A DNA stretch of 58,904 nt, taken from Candidatus Daviesbacteria bacterium. Lineage in GTDB: Bacteria > Patescibacteriota > Microgenomatia > Daviesbacterales > UBA10151. Shown here piece by piece: positions 9,298 to 17,454 of the stretch; position 1 is the first letter of the stretch, and each line of letters opens with the position of its first letter. The notes beneath the pieces were generated by a model. It did not search any database and was not told where the DNA came from. It was given only the letters and a program-made list of their open reading frames with translations. Both the position numbers and the translations under genes were made by a program. The stretch covers positions 1 through 58,904 of the forward strand of contig JACPEZ010000047.1 in assembly GCA_016183225.1 (NCBI GenBank). The letters are read 5' to 3'.

Positions 9298-10496
9298 CTC
9301 TTTAAGAGTATGCCCACCTGCATTATTAAAATCAAGTATTCGGAAATTACCGTAATCCAGGAAGCAGCGATATAGCCATATTGAGGAATAAATACCAGGT
9401 TAGCCGCAATGTTTACTGTTAGCCCTAAAGCATAAACGATTAACAATTTTTTGTACATTTTTTTAGCTACCATCACCCACATCAGCAGCGCGGACAAAAA
9501 GTAGGCAGGGAAGCCAAAAGACAAAATGCGGAGCGACTCCACAGATCCGGCAAAACCCGATCCGGTAATTAATTTAATAATTACAGGGGATAAGTAATAA
9601 GTGATAAGTAATATGAATAGAGACAAAAATAACAGGCCCAGAGGGGCCAGTTTGGAAGTTTTGCGCGCTTTAAGCATCATCGGGTAATAAGAGTTCATCA
9701 AAAAAGCAGGCAGCACCAAAACGGCCTGAAAAACCGAATAAGCCACATTGTAAATTCCAACTTCAGCCAAGCCTTTAAAAAAAGAGAGAATAAAAGCATC
9801 GGCCCTAAAATAGATGATATTTAAAAATAGGGTTGCTGCCAGAGGAAGACTGCCTTGAAATAAAGCAACCAGATATTTTTTGCTAAAAATGGGGGAGAGT
9901 TGTTTAATAATTCTTCTGACCAGGAGTAACAGCAGGCCGGTATAAATAAGCCACGATAAAACATAACCAACAGTCAATAAATACACAGGCGCGCGAACGC
10001 TTGACAAATAAAAAATCAATAACACCCCTGCCGGAGCAGACAGAAAAACAGGCCAGCTAGAATATTCGTATTTCAGATTAACTTGAATTAACGCTTGAGC
10101 GGTGAAAAACAGGCTGTTTAAAAAAATAGATAATGCGCCAACCAAAACAGCCAGTTTAAAATCAACCAGCCCGGGTGTAAAAATTAGCGGCAAGGCAGCT
10201 GCCAGAATTGTTAAAAATATTCCCCATAAAATCCTCACCCCCAGCAGTTTTCCCCATTCATTCCGTAACCTGTAACCTGTAACCTGTAACCTTCTTAAAA
10301 TATATCCGTTAAAACCAAAATCCGCTAAAACATAAAAAAAGGCCAGGTAAGTAAGGGCCAGAGTAAAATTTCCCACTCCGCCTTCACCATAAACGCGGGA
10401 AACTATTCCCAAAATAATAAACCCGCTGGAAGTGGTAACCGCTTTAAAAACCAGCTGCCATCCGGTCTGCTGGGTAATTTTAATAATTTTTTGCAC
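9294..10496 (-). CDS. Polysaccharide flippase-like membrane protein (Wzx/MOP-like)
   Basis: About 12 TM segments, envelope-gene neighbourhood, 4-nt overlap with rnhA. Confidence 0.55.
   Translation of the reverse strand: MQKIIKITQQTGWQLVFKAVTTSSGFIILGIVSRVYGEGGVGNFTLALTYLAFFYVLADFGFNGYILRRLQVTGYRLRNEWGKLLGVRILWGIFLTILAAALPLIFTPGLVDFKLAVLVGALSIFLNSLFFTAQALIQVNLKYEYSSWPVFLSAPAGVLLIFYLSSVRAPVYLLTVGYVLSWLIYTGLLLLLVRRIIKQLSPIFSKKYLVALFQGSLPLAATLFLNIIYFRADAFILSFFKGLAEVGIYNVAYSVFQAVLVLPAFLMNSYYPMMLKARKTSKLAPLGLLFLSLFILLITYYLSPVIIKLITGSGFAGSVESLRILSFGFPAYFLSALLMWVMVAKKMYKKLLIVYALGLTVNIAANLVFIPQYGYIAASWITVISEYLILIMQVGILLKR
10265..10292. repeat. Heptamer tandem repeat (gtaacct x4) inside the flippase gene
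   Basis: Four perfect 7-nt units read directly. Encodes RLQVTGYRLR on the minus strand. Confidence 0.9.
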
Positions 10497-10500
10497 CAGA

Positions 10501-11628
10501 TTATTCTAACTTACGAGTAGTAAAACTTAAACCCCAGACTAAAAAGAGTAATCTGTAACCCTGGGGTAGAGTTAAGAAATAGTGATCAAATAAACCCAGG
10601 AATAAAATAGTGAGTAGTGCATAGCGCCTGGCAAAACCAATTGGACTAATTAGTCCAATTAGACCAATTAGTCCAATTAGACCGGTTTCCGAAAGAGCCA
10701 AAAGAAATATATTATGAACAGGTTGCAAAAAACGGCTGGGACCGGCCACTAAATCTTCTTGAGCAGAAATAAAGTTATTCAAACCCACTCCCAAAACAGG
10801 ATTTTTTAAAAACAGCTGCCAGCTGCTTACTGATAGCTCCTCCCGCCGGAGTAAAGTTAACTCATCATAACTAAAAAGGGAGGAAAATCTGGTAAATAAA
10901 ATAGGAGAAAGCAAACCCGCTATTATTAAAAAAATAACTAATTTTTTTCGCAGTAATAAAAACGCTCCTGCCAAAATAGCTACTCTGGACATGGTCAGAA
11001 AAATTGTCAAACCGGAAACTATAAAAACCAGTCTTTGCCTTAGAATCAAAGATAAAACTAATAAGTATCCTGCCAAAACATTGGGATGGGGGAAAGTTCC
11101 ATATGGCCGCAAAAATTCCAGGCCGTAAAAATTAAACTTGGCAATGCCGGGAGTAGTCATGGTAAAAGTTCTCTCCCCCAAAATCCAAAGTCCTATTGTC
11201 CCCCCTTTGATAAATTGGGCTATGGCAAGGACAGACTCTCCCATAATTCCCAAAGAAAGAGGCAAAAAAATATTTTTGGGTTTTGCAGATGCTATATAAA
11301 CACCGAATAAACCAGCTGTGATATATTGTTCCAACCTGACTAAACCGGCACCAATATTATTGGCTCCAATCAGCGACAAAACTTGGGTCAGTAAAAAAAA
11401 CAACAATAAATTAAAAGCCGGTTTATTAATTTTAGGTTTTTGCCAAAGCCAGACCAAAATCAATAAAACAACCAGTAAATCCCAAAAATACAAGGTGGGG
11501 GCAAGATAATCTATTTTTAAAGAATAAATATGGGAAAAATCAGGCCAAAAATGACGACCTAATTGCGTGGGTAAAAAGAGCAGGGTTAAAAAGAGAAAAA
11601 CTCTCTCAATCCTTGCCAGTTTTGACAT
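10501..11628 (-). CDS. O-antigen ligase-like (Wzy_C-type) membrane protein
   Basis: Polytopic membrane protein with a TMSRVAILAG-type loop motif. Contains a 9-nt tandem repeat (10637-10681) encoding GLIGLIGLIGLISPIG. Confidence 0.55.
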   Translation of the reverse strand: MSKLARIERVFLFLTLLFLPTQLGRHFWPDFSHIYSLKIDYLAPTLYFWDLLVVLLILVWLWQKPKINKPAFNLLLFFLLTQVLSLIGANNIGAGLVRLEQYITAGLFGVYIASAKPKNIFLPLSLGIMGESVLAIAQFIKGGTIGLWILGERTFTMTTPGIAKFNFYGLEFLRPYGTFPHPNVLAGYLLVLSLILRQRLVFIVSGLTIFLTMSRVAILAGAFLLLRKKLVIFLIIAGLLSPILFTRFSSLFSYDELTLLRREELSVSSWQLFLKNPVLGVGLNNFISAQEDLVAGPSRFLQPVHNIFLLALSETGLIGLIGLIGLISPIGFARRYALLTILFLGLFDHYFLTLPQGYRLLFLVWGLSFTTRKLE

Positions 11629-12130
11629 TTGATCCCTCGACTTCGCCCGCCTCTGGCGTGGCTTCGCTCGGGACAGGCTTTTGAGTTTTGAGTTTAATTA
11701 TTATGTGCCGGTCTCTGCCTTCTCCAACACTCTCGCTTTCCACCCCTTTAGTTTCCTGAACCACCATATGAACTATTCTTCTCTGCCAGGGGCTCATTGG
11801 TTCCAGTTCCAGCTCTTTCCCGCTGTCCAAAACCTGTTTTACCCAGGCTTTGGCGCTAGCGCTTAACTCTTCTTCTTTCTGCTTTCTCCATCCTCCCACA
11901 TCCAGAATGACTCTTTTATAGTCGCCTTCTGCCATCTTTCTGGAAACCATTTGATTGACAATAAGTTGCAACCCGTCCAAAGACTGGCCTCCCGAGCCGA
12001 TTAAACGGCCGGCATCTTTGGTTTCAATTAAAACATGGAGGCCGTTTTCATCCTCCTCAATTTCATAAGAACCCTCCAGGAGTAACAGCCCCAAAATGTT
12101 ATCTAAAACTTCGCTTAACTTTTCTTCCAT
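11606..12130 (-). CDS. jag: Jag-like KH/R3H RNA-binding protein
   Basis: KH GxxG (LIGSGGQSLD) and an R3H-like segment (PWQRRIVHMVV). Conserved position downstream of yidC. Confidence 0.75.
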   Translation of the reverse strand: MEEKLSEVLDNILGLLLLEGSYEIEEDENGLHVLIETKDAGRLIGSGGQSLDGLQLIVNQMVSRKMAEGDYKRVILDVGGWRKQKEEELSASAKAWVKQVLDSGKELELEPMSPWQRRIVHMVVQETKGVESESVGEGRDRHIIIKLKTQKPVPSEATPEAGEVEGSNVKTGKD

Positions 12131-12945
12131 AACCCCTCCAAACCTCCCCAGCCTGCCAGTTTATATTGCTGGATAATTCCCAGTACTGTATAGGTATTCC
12201 AGTAAATTGCCAGACCAACCGGAAACTGAAAGGCAAAATAGCCAATCATGATGGGCATCAGATAAACCATTTGCGACTGCACCTGACCCATGCTTTCTGC
12301 CATGCCTTCTTTTTCTTTTATTTCTTTGGGGCTTTCTCCGGCGTGGTGCTTGATTAACTTGGGCAAGGTCATTTTAGACTGGATAAAAGTCAGCGCGGCA
12401 GTAGCAACGGGGATTAAAAGCAGGGCCGGCCCGTATTTACCAAATTCCGAGGGCTTAACCCCTAAATTCAAACCGAAGAAATTAGGATCGGGCAAACCGG
12501 TTAAATGCATGGAGGGGAAATACAACAGCGAATTAACCCAGTCCAAATTGGCCTGGCCCGGCTGGCCGGGTAAAATATTAATAATGGCCTGATACAGCCC
12601 GATAAATACGGGAATCTGCAGAAGTGCCGGCAGACAACCCCCGGCCGGATTAACCCCGTGCTCTTTATAAAGAGCCATTTGGGCGCCGGCCAGCGCTTTT
12701 TTGTCGTCCTTGTGTTTTCTTTTCAGCTCATCCAGGTGGGGTTTTAAATCGCCCATCTTTTTGGTCATTTTAATCTGGGATGTCATCAGCGGCCAGACCA
12801 GCAGTCTGATGGCCACGGTTAAAATAATCAGGGCAAAGCCCAAGGCTCCCGGAATATGCAATGATTGCAAAAACTGGAAGGTGAGAAGTAAAAGATTAAT
12901 AATCGGCTGTATAAAGACGGCAATAAAAATATCCCCTATATTCAT
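12115..12945 (-). CDS. yidC: Membrane protein insertase YidC (short form)
   Basis: LLVWPL, QIKMTKKMGDLKP, YKEHGVNPAGGCLPALLQIPVF and GLAIYW motifs. The ATG at 12945 makes an ATGA overlap with the yidD stop. Confidence 0.85.
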   Translation of the reverse strand: MNIGDIFIAVFIQPIINLLLLTFQFLQSLHIPGALGFALIILTVAIRLLVWPLMTSQIKMTKKMGDLKPHLDELKRKHKDDKKALAGAQMALYKEHGVNPAGGCLPALLQIPVFIGLYQAIINILPGQPGQANLDWVNSLLYFPSMHLTGLPDPNFFGLNLGVKPSEFGKYGPALLLIPVATAALTFIQSKMTLPKLIKHHAGESPKEIKEKEGMAESMGQVQSQMVYLMPIMIGYFAFQFPVGLAIYWNTYTVLGIIQQYKLAGWGGLEGLWKKS

Positions 12946-13112
12946 CTGCAACTCCAAATTCTTTTAAGGCCCAAAGTTAACCCCCTGATTGCTCCCTCGT
13001 GCTCAATCATCCTTTTGGTATATTCGGAACAACTCACTTTATACTTGCAAAAGGCAAAATTTGATGAAAACAACTGGTAAAAATTTATTAGACTAATTAA
13101 TAATTTTTTCAT
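12942..13112 (-). CDS. yidD: Membrane protein insertion efficiency factor YidD (56 aa, absent from the ORF track)
   Basis: Hand translation gives MKKLLISLINFYQLFSSNFAFCKYKVSCSEYTKRMIEHEGAIRGLTLGLKRIWSCR, which fits the YidD pattern (YQ...C.F.P.CSEY...G...G..L...RI..C). Lies between rnpA and yidC as expected. Confidence 0.7.
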   Translation of the reverse strand: MKKLLISLINFYQLFSSNFAFCKYKVSCSEYTKRMIEHEGAIRGLTLGLKRIWSCR

Positions 13113-13431
13113 GCTTTAGAGCTTGTTCCAAATCGAAAAGCACATCATTGGATTTTACACCAAGAATGGCCTGTTTGGGAAGAGCCACTATATTAACAGT
13201 AGCTGGTAGTTGGTAGTATATATTATGGAAAGCTTCAGCAGCTAATCTTTTTGCCCTATTTCTCTCTGTGGACTTCTTAAAAACCTTTGAAGAAACTGCT
13301 ATGCCTATTTTGGGCTGAAAATTTTCACCAAGCTTAATAAAAAGTTTTAAGTATTTTGTTTCCAGTTTCGACCCCGCAGCTACCCGTTTAAAATCCTTTT
13401 TTAAATTTAATCTTTTTTCCCGGGAAAGCAT
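13093..13431 (-). CDS. rnpA: Ribonuclease P protein component
   Basis: Small basic protein (SREKRL, KKSTERNRAKR) immediately downstream of rpmH. Confidence 0.8.
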   Translation of the reverse strand: MLSREKRLNLKKDFKRVAAGSKLETKYLKLFIKLGENFQPKIGIAVSSKVFKKSTERNRAKRLAAEAFHNIYYQLPATVNIVALPKQAILGVKSNDVLFDLEQALKHEKIIN

Positions 13432-13568
13432 TAAATCGTCAGTCTCTTTCTGCCGCGCGCTCTTCTTGCCTGCAAAACCCTTTGTCCGTCGTGAGTTCTG
13501 GATCTTTTTAAAAACCCGTGCTTTTTTATCCTTTTTAATTTTTTCGGCTGGTAAGTTCGCTTCGGCAT
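13431..13568 (-). CDS. rpmH: 50S ribosomal protein L34 (45 aa, absent from the ORF track)
   Basis: Hand translation gives [45 protein letters not shown]. The stop shares one nucleotide with the rnpA ATG. Confidence 0.9.
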   Translation of the reverse strand: MPKRTYQPKKLKRIKKHGFLKRSRTHDGQRVLQARRARGRKRLTI

Positions 13569-13572
13569 ATAA

Positions 13573-13902
13573 TTACATCCTCAAATCAATCTTTGTTAAT
13601 CCCAACACTTCCAGAGTAAAAGCCCCCAAAAGTAAACTGTCGTCTTTTTCCCCAAATAATACCGGCGCTGCCGATTCTCTTCCTTCGAATTCGTACAATG
13701 CGTTTCCTACCCATCTTTTAATTATCCGCCCGTCAGCCAAAGAAAATTCTTCCTCCCAATTTGGTTTTATCCCTAATTTCTTAAGTATGTCCTCTGGCAC
13801 CACTGTGTAGGTTGCGCCGCTGTCAACTAAAAACCTACCGCTAAATTCACTGGCTGGTTTCTGGGGATTTTTTATTTTTAAAGCAACTTTAGTCATGCCC
13901 AT
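13573..13902 (-). CDS. Retropepsin-like (clan AA) aspartyl protease
   Basis: [12 protein letters not shown] contains the D-S-G-A active-site motif in a ~110-aa single-lobe protein. Confidence 0.6.
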   Translation of the reverse strand: MGMTKVALKIKNPQKPASEFSGRFLVDSGATYTVVPEDILKKLGIKPNWEEEFSLADGRIIKRWVGNALYEFEGRESAAPVLFGEKDDSLLLGAFTLEVLGLTKIDLRM

Positions 13903-13987
13903 TGTTATTTAATTCTACACCCTTGGCTGTATTATGTAAAGACTGATCTACTTATTTATAGTTTCTCCATATTGCCAAGGAATTCTT

Positions 13988-14018
13988 TGTGGATTAGATT
14001 GTGGATAAGTTTTCCACA
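13988..14018. promoter_or_regulatory. DnaA-box cluster overlapping the dnaA start
   Basis: tgtggatta (13988-13996), tgtggataa (14000-14008, perfect complement of TTATCCACA), ttttccaca (14010-14018). Confidence 0.6.
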
Positions 14019-15338
14019 ATGGATAATTTAAGACTTTGGCATAAATTTTTAGAAACTATCAAACCAATGGTTGGGCCGGACAACCTTAAGGCATACTTTA
14101 TTAAAACCATCCTCAAATCCGTCAATGAAAATACTGTCACCCTAAACACCTCTTCCGCGTTTATCAAGGAAAGTATGGAGCAAAAATACCAGACTCTAAT
14201 TGAGGCTACTTTTGAGAAATTGCTGGGGAAAAAAGTGCAAATAGAATTTATTGTTAAGCAGATTAAAGATCAAATCCCGGAGGAGAATGGTTTTTTTAAG
14301 CCGCAAACCCAAGCCAGTATCTTAAATCAAAAGTATACTTTGGAAAATTTTGTGGTAGGGCCCACCAACAATGTGGCGTATGCCGCCGCCCAGGCAGTGG
14401 CAGCCAGTCCGGGCGCCTCGTATAATCCTTTGTTTATTTACGGCGGTACAGGCGTGGGCAAAACCCATCTGATGCTGGCAATTGGCAATGCCATTGCCAA
14501 AAAACATGCCGACTTCAAGGTCAACTACTGCTCTTCGGAAAAGTTCACCAATGATTATGTGGAAGCCTTGCAGACCAAACAGTTTGGCCTTTTCCGCAAC
14601 CGCTACCGGGGGACTAACGTGTTGCTGGTTGACGACATCCAGTTTTTTTCCGGGCGGGAAGGCACCCAGGAAGAATTCTTCCATACTTTTAACGAGCTCT
14701 CTTCCAAAAACTCCCAGATCGTCATCACTTCGGACAGACCGCCTTACGAGATCGCCAAGATGGAAGGTCGTCTTGCGTCCCGCTTTGCCGGAGGATTAAT
14801 GGTGGATATCCAGACCCCGGATTTTGATACCCGGGTGGCCATCTTAAAAAACAAGTGCAAAGAGCACAATTACTTTCTGGAGGAAGCCTGTCTGAATTTA
14901 ATTGCCGCATCTGTAGAAACAAATGCCAGAGACCTGGAAGGAAGGTTTATCCAAATAATCCAGTCCTTAAAAACCAAGGGAGAGGAGCCGACAGTGGAAA
15001 ATATCAGAAAATTGCTTGGTAAAAAGCAAGAGAGCTTAAAAAATCTTTCACCCAAACAGGTTATTAGCCTTTTTTGTGATTATTTCAGCGTTAAACAGGC
15101 AGATTTAATCGGCCCTAAAAGACAAAAAGGGCTGGTTTTGCCAAGACATTTAATCATGCACTTTCTGTCGGAAGAATTAAACTTAACTGTAGAAAAAATT
15201 GGAGAAATTTTAGGCGGCAGAGACCATACCACTGTCATGCACGGCAGAGATAAAATCAAAAAATTAATCTTAAGCAACAGGGAAATACAAAAAAATTATA
15301 TTGAAATAAAAAACAACTTATCCACACTTATCTCTTAG
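14019..15338 (+). CDS. dnaA: Chromosomal replication initiator DnaA
   Basis: Walker A GGTGVGKTHL, LLVDDIQF, box VII/sensor motifs and a C-terminal DNA-binding helix (HTTVMHG). Start set to ATG MDNLRLW. Confidence 0.95.
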   Translation: MDNLRLWHKFLETIKPMVGPDNLKAYFIKTILKSVNENTVTLNTSSAFIKESMEQKYQTLIEATFEKLLGKKVQIEFIVKQIKDQIPEENGFFKPQTQASILNQKYTLENFVVGPTNNVAYAAAQAVAASPGASYNPLFIYGGTGVGKTHLMLAIGNAIAKKHADFKVNYCSSEKFTNDYVEALQTKQFGLFRNRYRGTNVLLVDDIQFFSGREGTQEEFFHTFNELSSKNSQIVITSDRPPYEIAKMEGRLASRFAGGLMVDIQTPDFDTRVAILKNKCKEHNYFLEEACLNLIAASVETNARDLEGRFIQIIQSLKTKGEEPTVENIRKLLGKKQESLKNLSPKQVISLFCDYFSVKQADLIGPKRQKGLVLPRHLIMHFLSEELNLTVEKIGEILGGRDHTTVMHGRDKIKKLILSNREIQKNYIEIKNNLSTLIS

Positions 15339-15496
15339 TTATCCACAAAACTTTCCACTAAAGGCTCCCGGGTTGCTCACACGAAATTCTCCCAAAAATA
15401 AATTCAAAAACTTGCTTTTCCACTTATCCACACCACATATTAATATGACTACTATTATTAAAATAATATAGTATAATCTAATCCACTTGTGGATAA
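15318..15496. promoter_or_regulatory. Probable oriC (DnaA boxes plus AT-rich unwinding region) between dnaA and dnaN
   Basis: Perfect TTATCCACA at 15318-15326, 15339-15347 and 15424-15432, with its complement tgtggataa at 15488-15496. Weaker boxes at 15352-15360 and 15479-15487. AT-rich stretch at 15433-15478. Confidence 0.7.
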
Positions 15497-15911
15497 CATT
15501 AACTGGTGGCTGTTTGGCATTATTACCCTATTTTTAATAATCGCGTATCTTTTGGGGAGACTTCACAGTAAAAGTATTGAAATACCCGATGATCTTCCGG
15601 CTAAAATACTGCAGGCAATTCAGGGATCAATTAATCCCCGGCAGGGTAAAATGGCCGAGTTGTTAACTTATGCCGAACTGCGCTATGATTACGACCGGAT
15701 TATTCCTTTGGGCTGGCCGATTGATTTTATCGGCATTAAAAATAATCAGCAGATTGATTTTATTGAAGTTAAGTCCGGCGCAGCTGCCCTCTTGACAGAA
15801 GAGGAAAAACACATTAAAAACCTAATTACAACAGGAAGGGTTCATTTTAGGTTAATCAAGATTACCGAAGAAGAGATACATAAATTTGTTTCTGCCAGAA
15901 AGGAAGAATGA
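15489..15911 (+). CDS. Membrane-anchored PD-(D/E)xK nuclease-like protein (Holliday-junction-resolvase-related fold)
   Basis: N-terminal TM (WWLFGIITLFLIIAYLL) followed by PIDFIGI...IDFIEVKSG, which resembles a D...E-x-K nuclease core. GTG start lies inside a DnaA box. Confidence 0.45.
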   Translation: MDNINWWLFGIITLFLIIAYLLGRLHSKSIEIPDDLPAKILQAIQGSINPRQGKMAELLTYAELRYDYDRIIPLGWPIDFIGIKNNQQIDFIEVKSGAAALLTEEEKHIKNLITTGRVHFRLIKITEEEIHKFVSARKEE

Positions 15912-17032
15912 AGTTTTCTATTTTACAACAGGATTTGCTGCCTGCTTTGCAGGCTGCCGCCCGCAGCGCCGGGGCAAGAACCAGTTTGCCGGTTTTGGAA
16001 AATATACTTTTATCGCTGGAGGGGGAGAATTTGAAAATTGCCGCCACCAATCTGGAAATCGGCGTAATGAAGTTTATTGCTGTTAAAAAGACCTCACCCG
16101 GCGAGCTGACAATTCCGGCCAAGTTACTGCTGGAGGTGGTGGCCGGTTTGGGGCCGGTTGAAGTGGAACTGGAATCAAACAATGAAATTTTAACTGTAGC
16201 AAGCGGCAGGTTTAAAGCCACCTTAAACGGCATTGCCGCGGCCGAGTTTCCGGCCATACCTTTGGGGGACGGTAAAGGCATCAATCTTCCCAAAGAAGTA
16301 TTGCTGGGCTGCGGGCAAATTCTTTTTGCCGCGGCAGTGGATGAGGGACGGCCGGTTTTAACCGGAGTTTTAACAGAGATTAAAGAGGAAAAAATCGATT
16401 TTGTGGCCACAGACGGTTTCCGCCTGGCCCACAGACAAGTAAAGCTTGCCCTGAGCGATGGTGAGCGAAGTCGAACCAGAGCCGAAGGGTTTAAAAGCCT
16501 GATCCCGAGAAGAACGTTTGAGGAGCTGCTGCGGGTTATTGGCGAGGACGAGGCAGAAACCGTTAGCATTTCCCCTTCGCAAAATCAAAACCAGATTGTT
16601 TTTTCCGTTGGCAAAACAGTGGTTTCCTCAAGATTGATTGAAGGGTCTTTTCCCGCCTGGGAAAAAATAATCCCCGGTCAAATTGTGACCCGGGCCCTGG
16701 TGGATAAAGAAGAGCTGGTCAGAGCTTTAAAGCTGGCAGCGGTGTTTGGCAGAAACGAGGCCAATATTGTGGTTTTAAGCTCCGGGGAAAATAAACTGAC
16801 TCTGGCTTCGTCGGTTAAGGAAATAGGCAGCCAGGAAAATGAGGTAGAGGCTCAAATTGAAGGGGACAGTTTGCAGGTTGCTTTTAACACCAGATTTTTA
16901 CAGGATGCTGTTTCCGCCTCACCCGCCAGCCAGCTGATGATTGAATTTTCAGGGGTGCTGCAGCCGGCTTTAATCAAACCAATGGGGGAAGAAGGCTTGG
17001 AATATATTGTGATGCCGGTTCGCCTGTCCTAA
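15908..17032 (+). CDS. dnaN: DNA polymerase III beta sliding clamp
   Basis: MKFSILQQDLLPALQ...LPVLENILL...ATNLEIG, three-domain length, position after dnaA. Confidence 0.95.
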   Translation: MKFSILQQDLLPALQAAARSAGARTSLPVLENILLSLEGENLKIAATNLEIGVMKFIAVKKTSPGELTIPAKLLLEVVAGLGPVEVELESNNEILTVASGRFKATLNGIAAAEFPAIPLGDGKGINLPKEVLLGCGQILFAAAVDEGRPVLTGVLTEIKEEKIDFVATDGFRLAHRQVKLALSDGERSRTRAEGFKSLIPRRTFEELLRVIGEDEAETVSISPSQNQNQIVFSVGKTVVSSRLIEGSFPAWEKIIPGQIVTRALVDKEELVRALKLAAVFGRNEANIVVLSSGENKLTLASSVKEIGSQENEVEAQIEGDSLQVAFNTRFLQDAVSASPASQLMIEFSGVLQPALIKPMGEEGLEYIVMPVRLS

Positions 17033-17454
17033 AATCCCCGATATTTGATGGTGCGGAAATGAAATACTTCTTCTCCGGTAAGCCTTGCCCCGCCTTCAAA
17101 CTTACTGTCTGCCATGATAAACAGAGTATAGGTGGTGCCCAGTTCGTAAGGGCTGACAGGTATGATTCTGGCGGTTTTTTTATCACCGGACAGTTCCACT
17201 TTATAGTCCAGTTTTGGCTCGATTTTTAATTTCAGTTCGGGGACATTTTCCAAAGGATGATTAAAGCTGATTTCAATGATCTGGTCAGCAGCAATGATAG
17301 TTTCTTCCAGCGGATCAGGCTTGGTGGAGATAATTTTAGGTTTGTCATTGACAGGTGCCGGTTGTGATGGAGCTTGCGGCGGTTTGTTTTTCCATAGAGA
17401 AAAACTAAAAATTATAATAGTTATAAAAATTATAATAGTTATAGATTTTTTCAT
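17029..17454 (-). CDS. Small membrane-anchored/secreted protein, possible Ig-like domain
   Basis: N-terminal hydrophobic segment encoded by a 17-nt duplication (about 17405-17445), followed by a beta-rich ~100-aa region. Last gene of the T4SS-like operon. Confidence 0.35.
   Translation of the reverse strand: MKKSITIIIFITIIIFSFSLWKNKPPQAPSQPAPVNDKPKIISTKPDPLEETIIAADQIIEISFNHPLENVPELKLKIEPKLDYKVELSGDKKTARIIPVSPYELGTTYTLFIMADSKFEGGARLTGEEVFHFRTIKYRGF

Noticed and set aside
15862-16569. 235-aa minus-strand ORF
   Set aside because: It is antisense to dnaN, which has unambiguous sliding-clamp motifs. Its Ser/Ala-rich composition looks artefactual.
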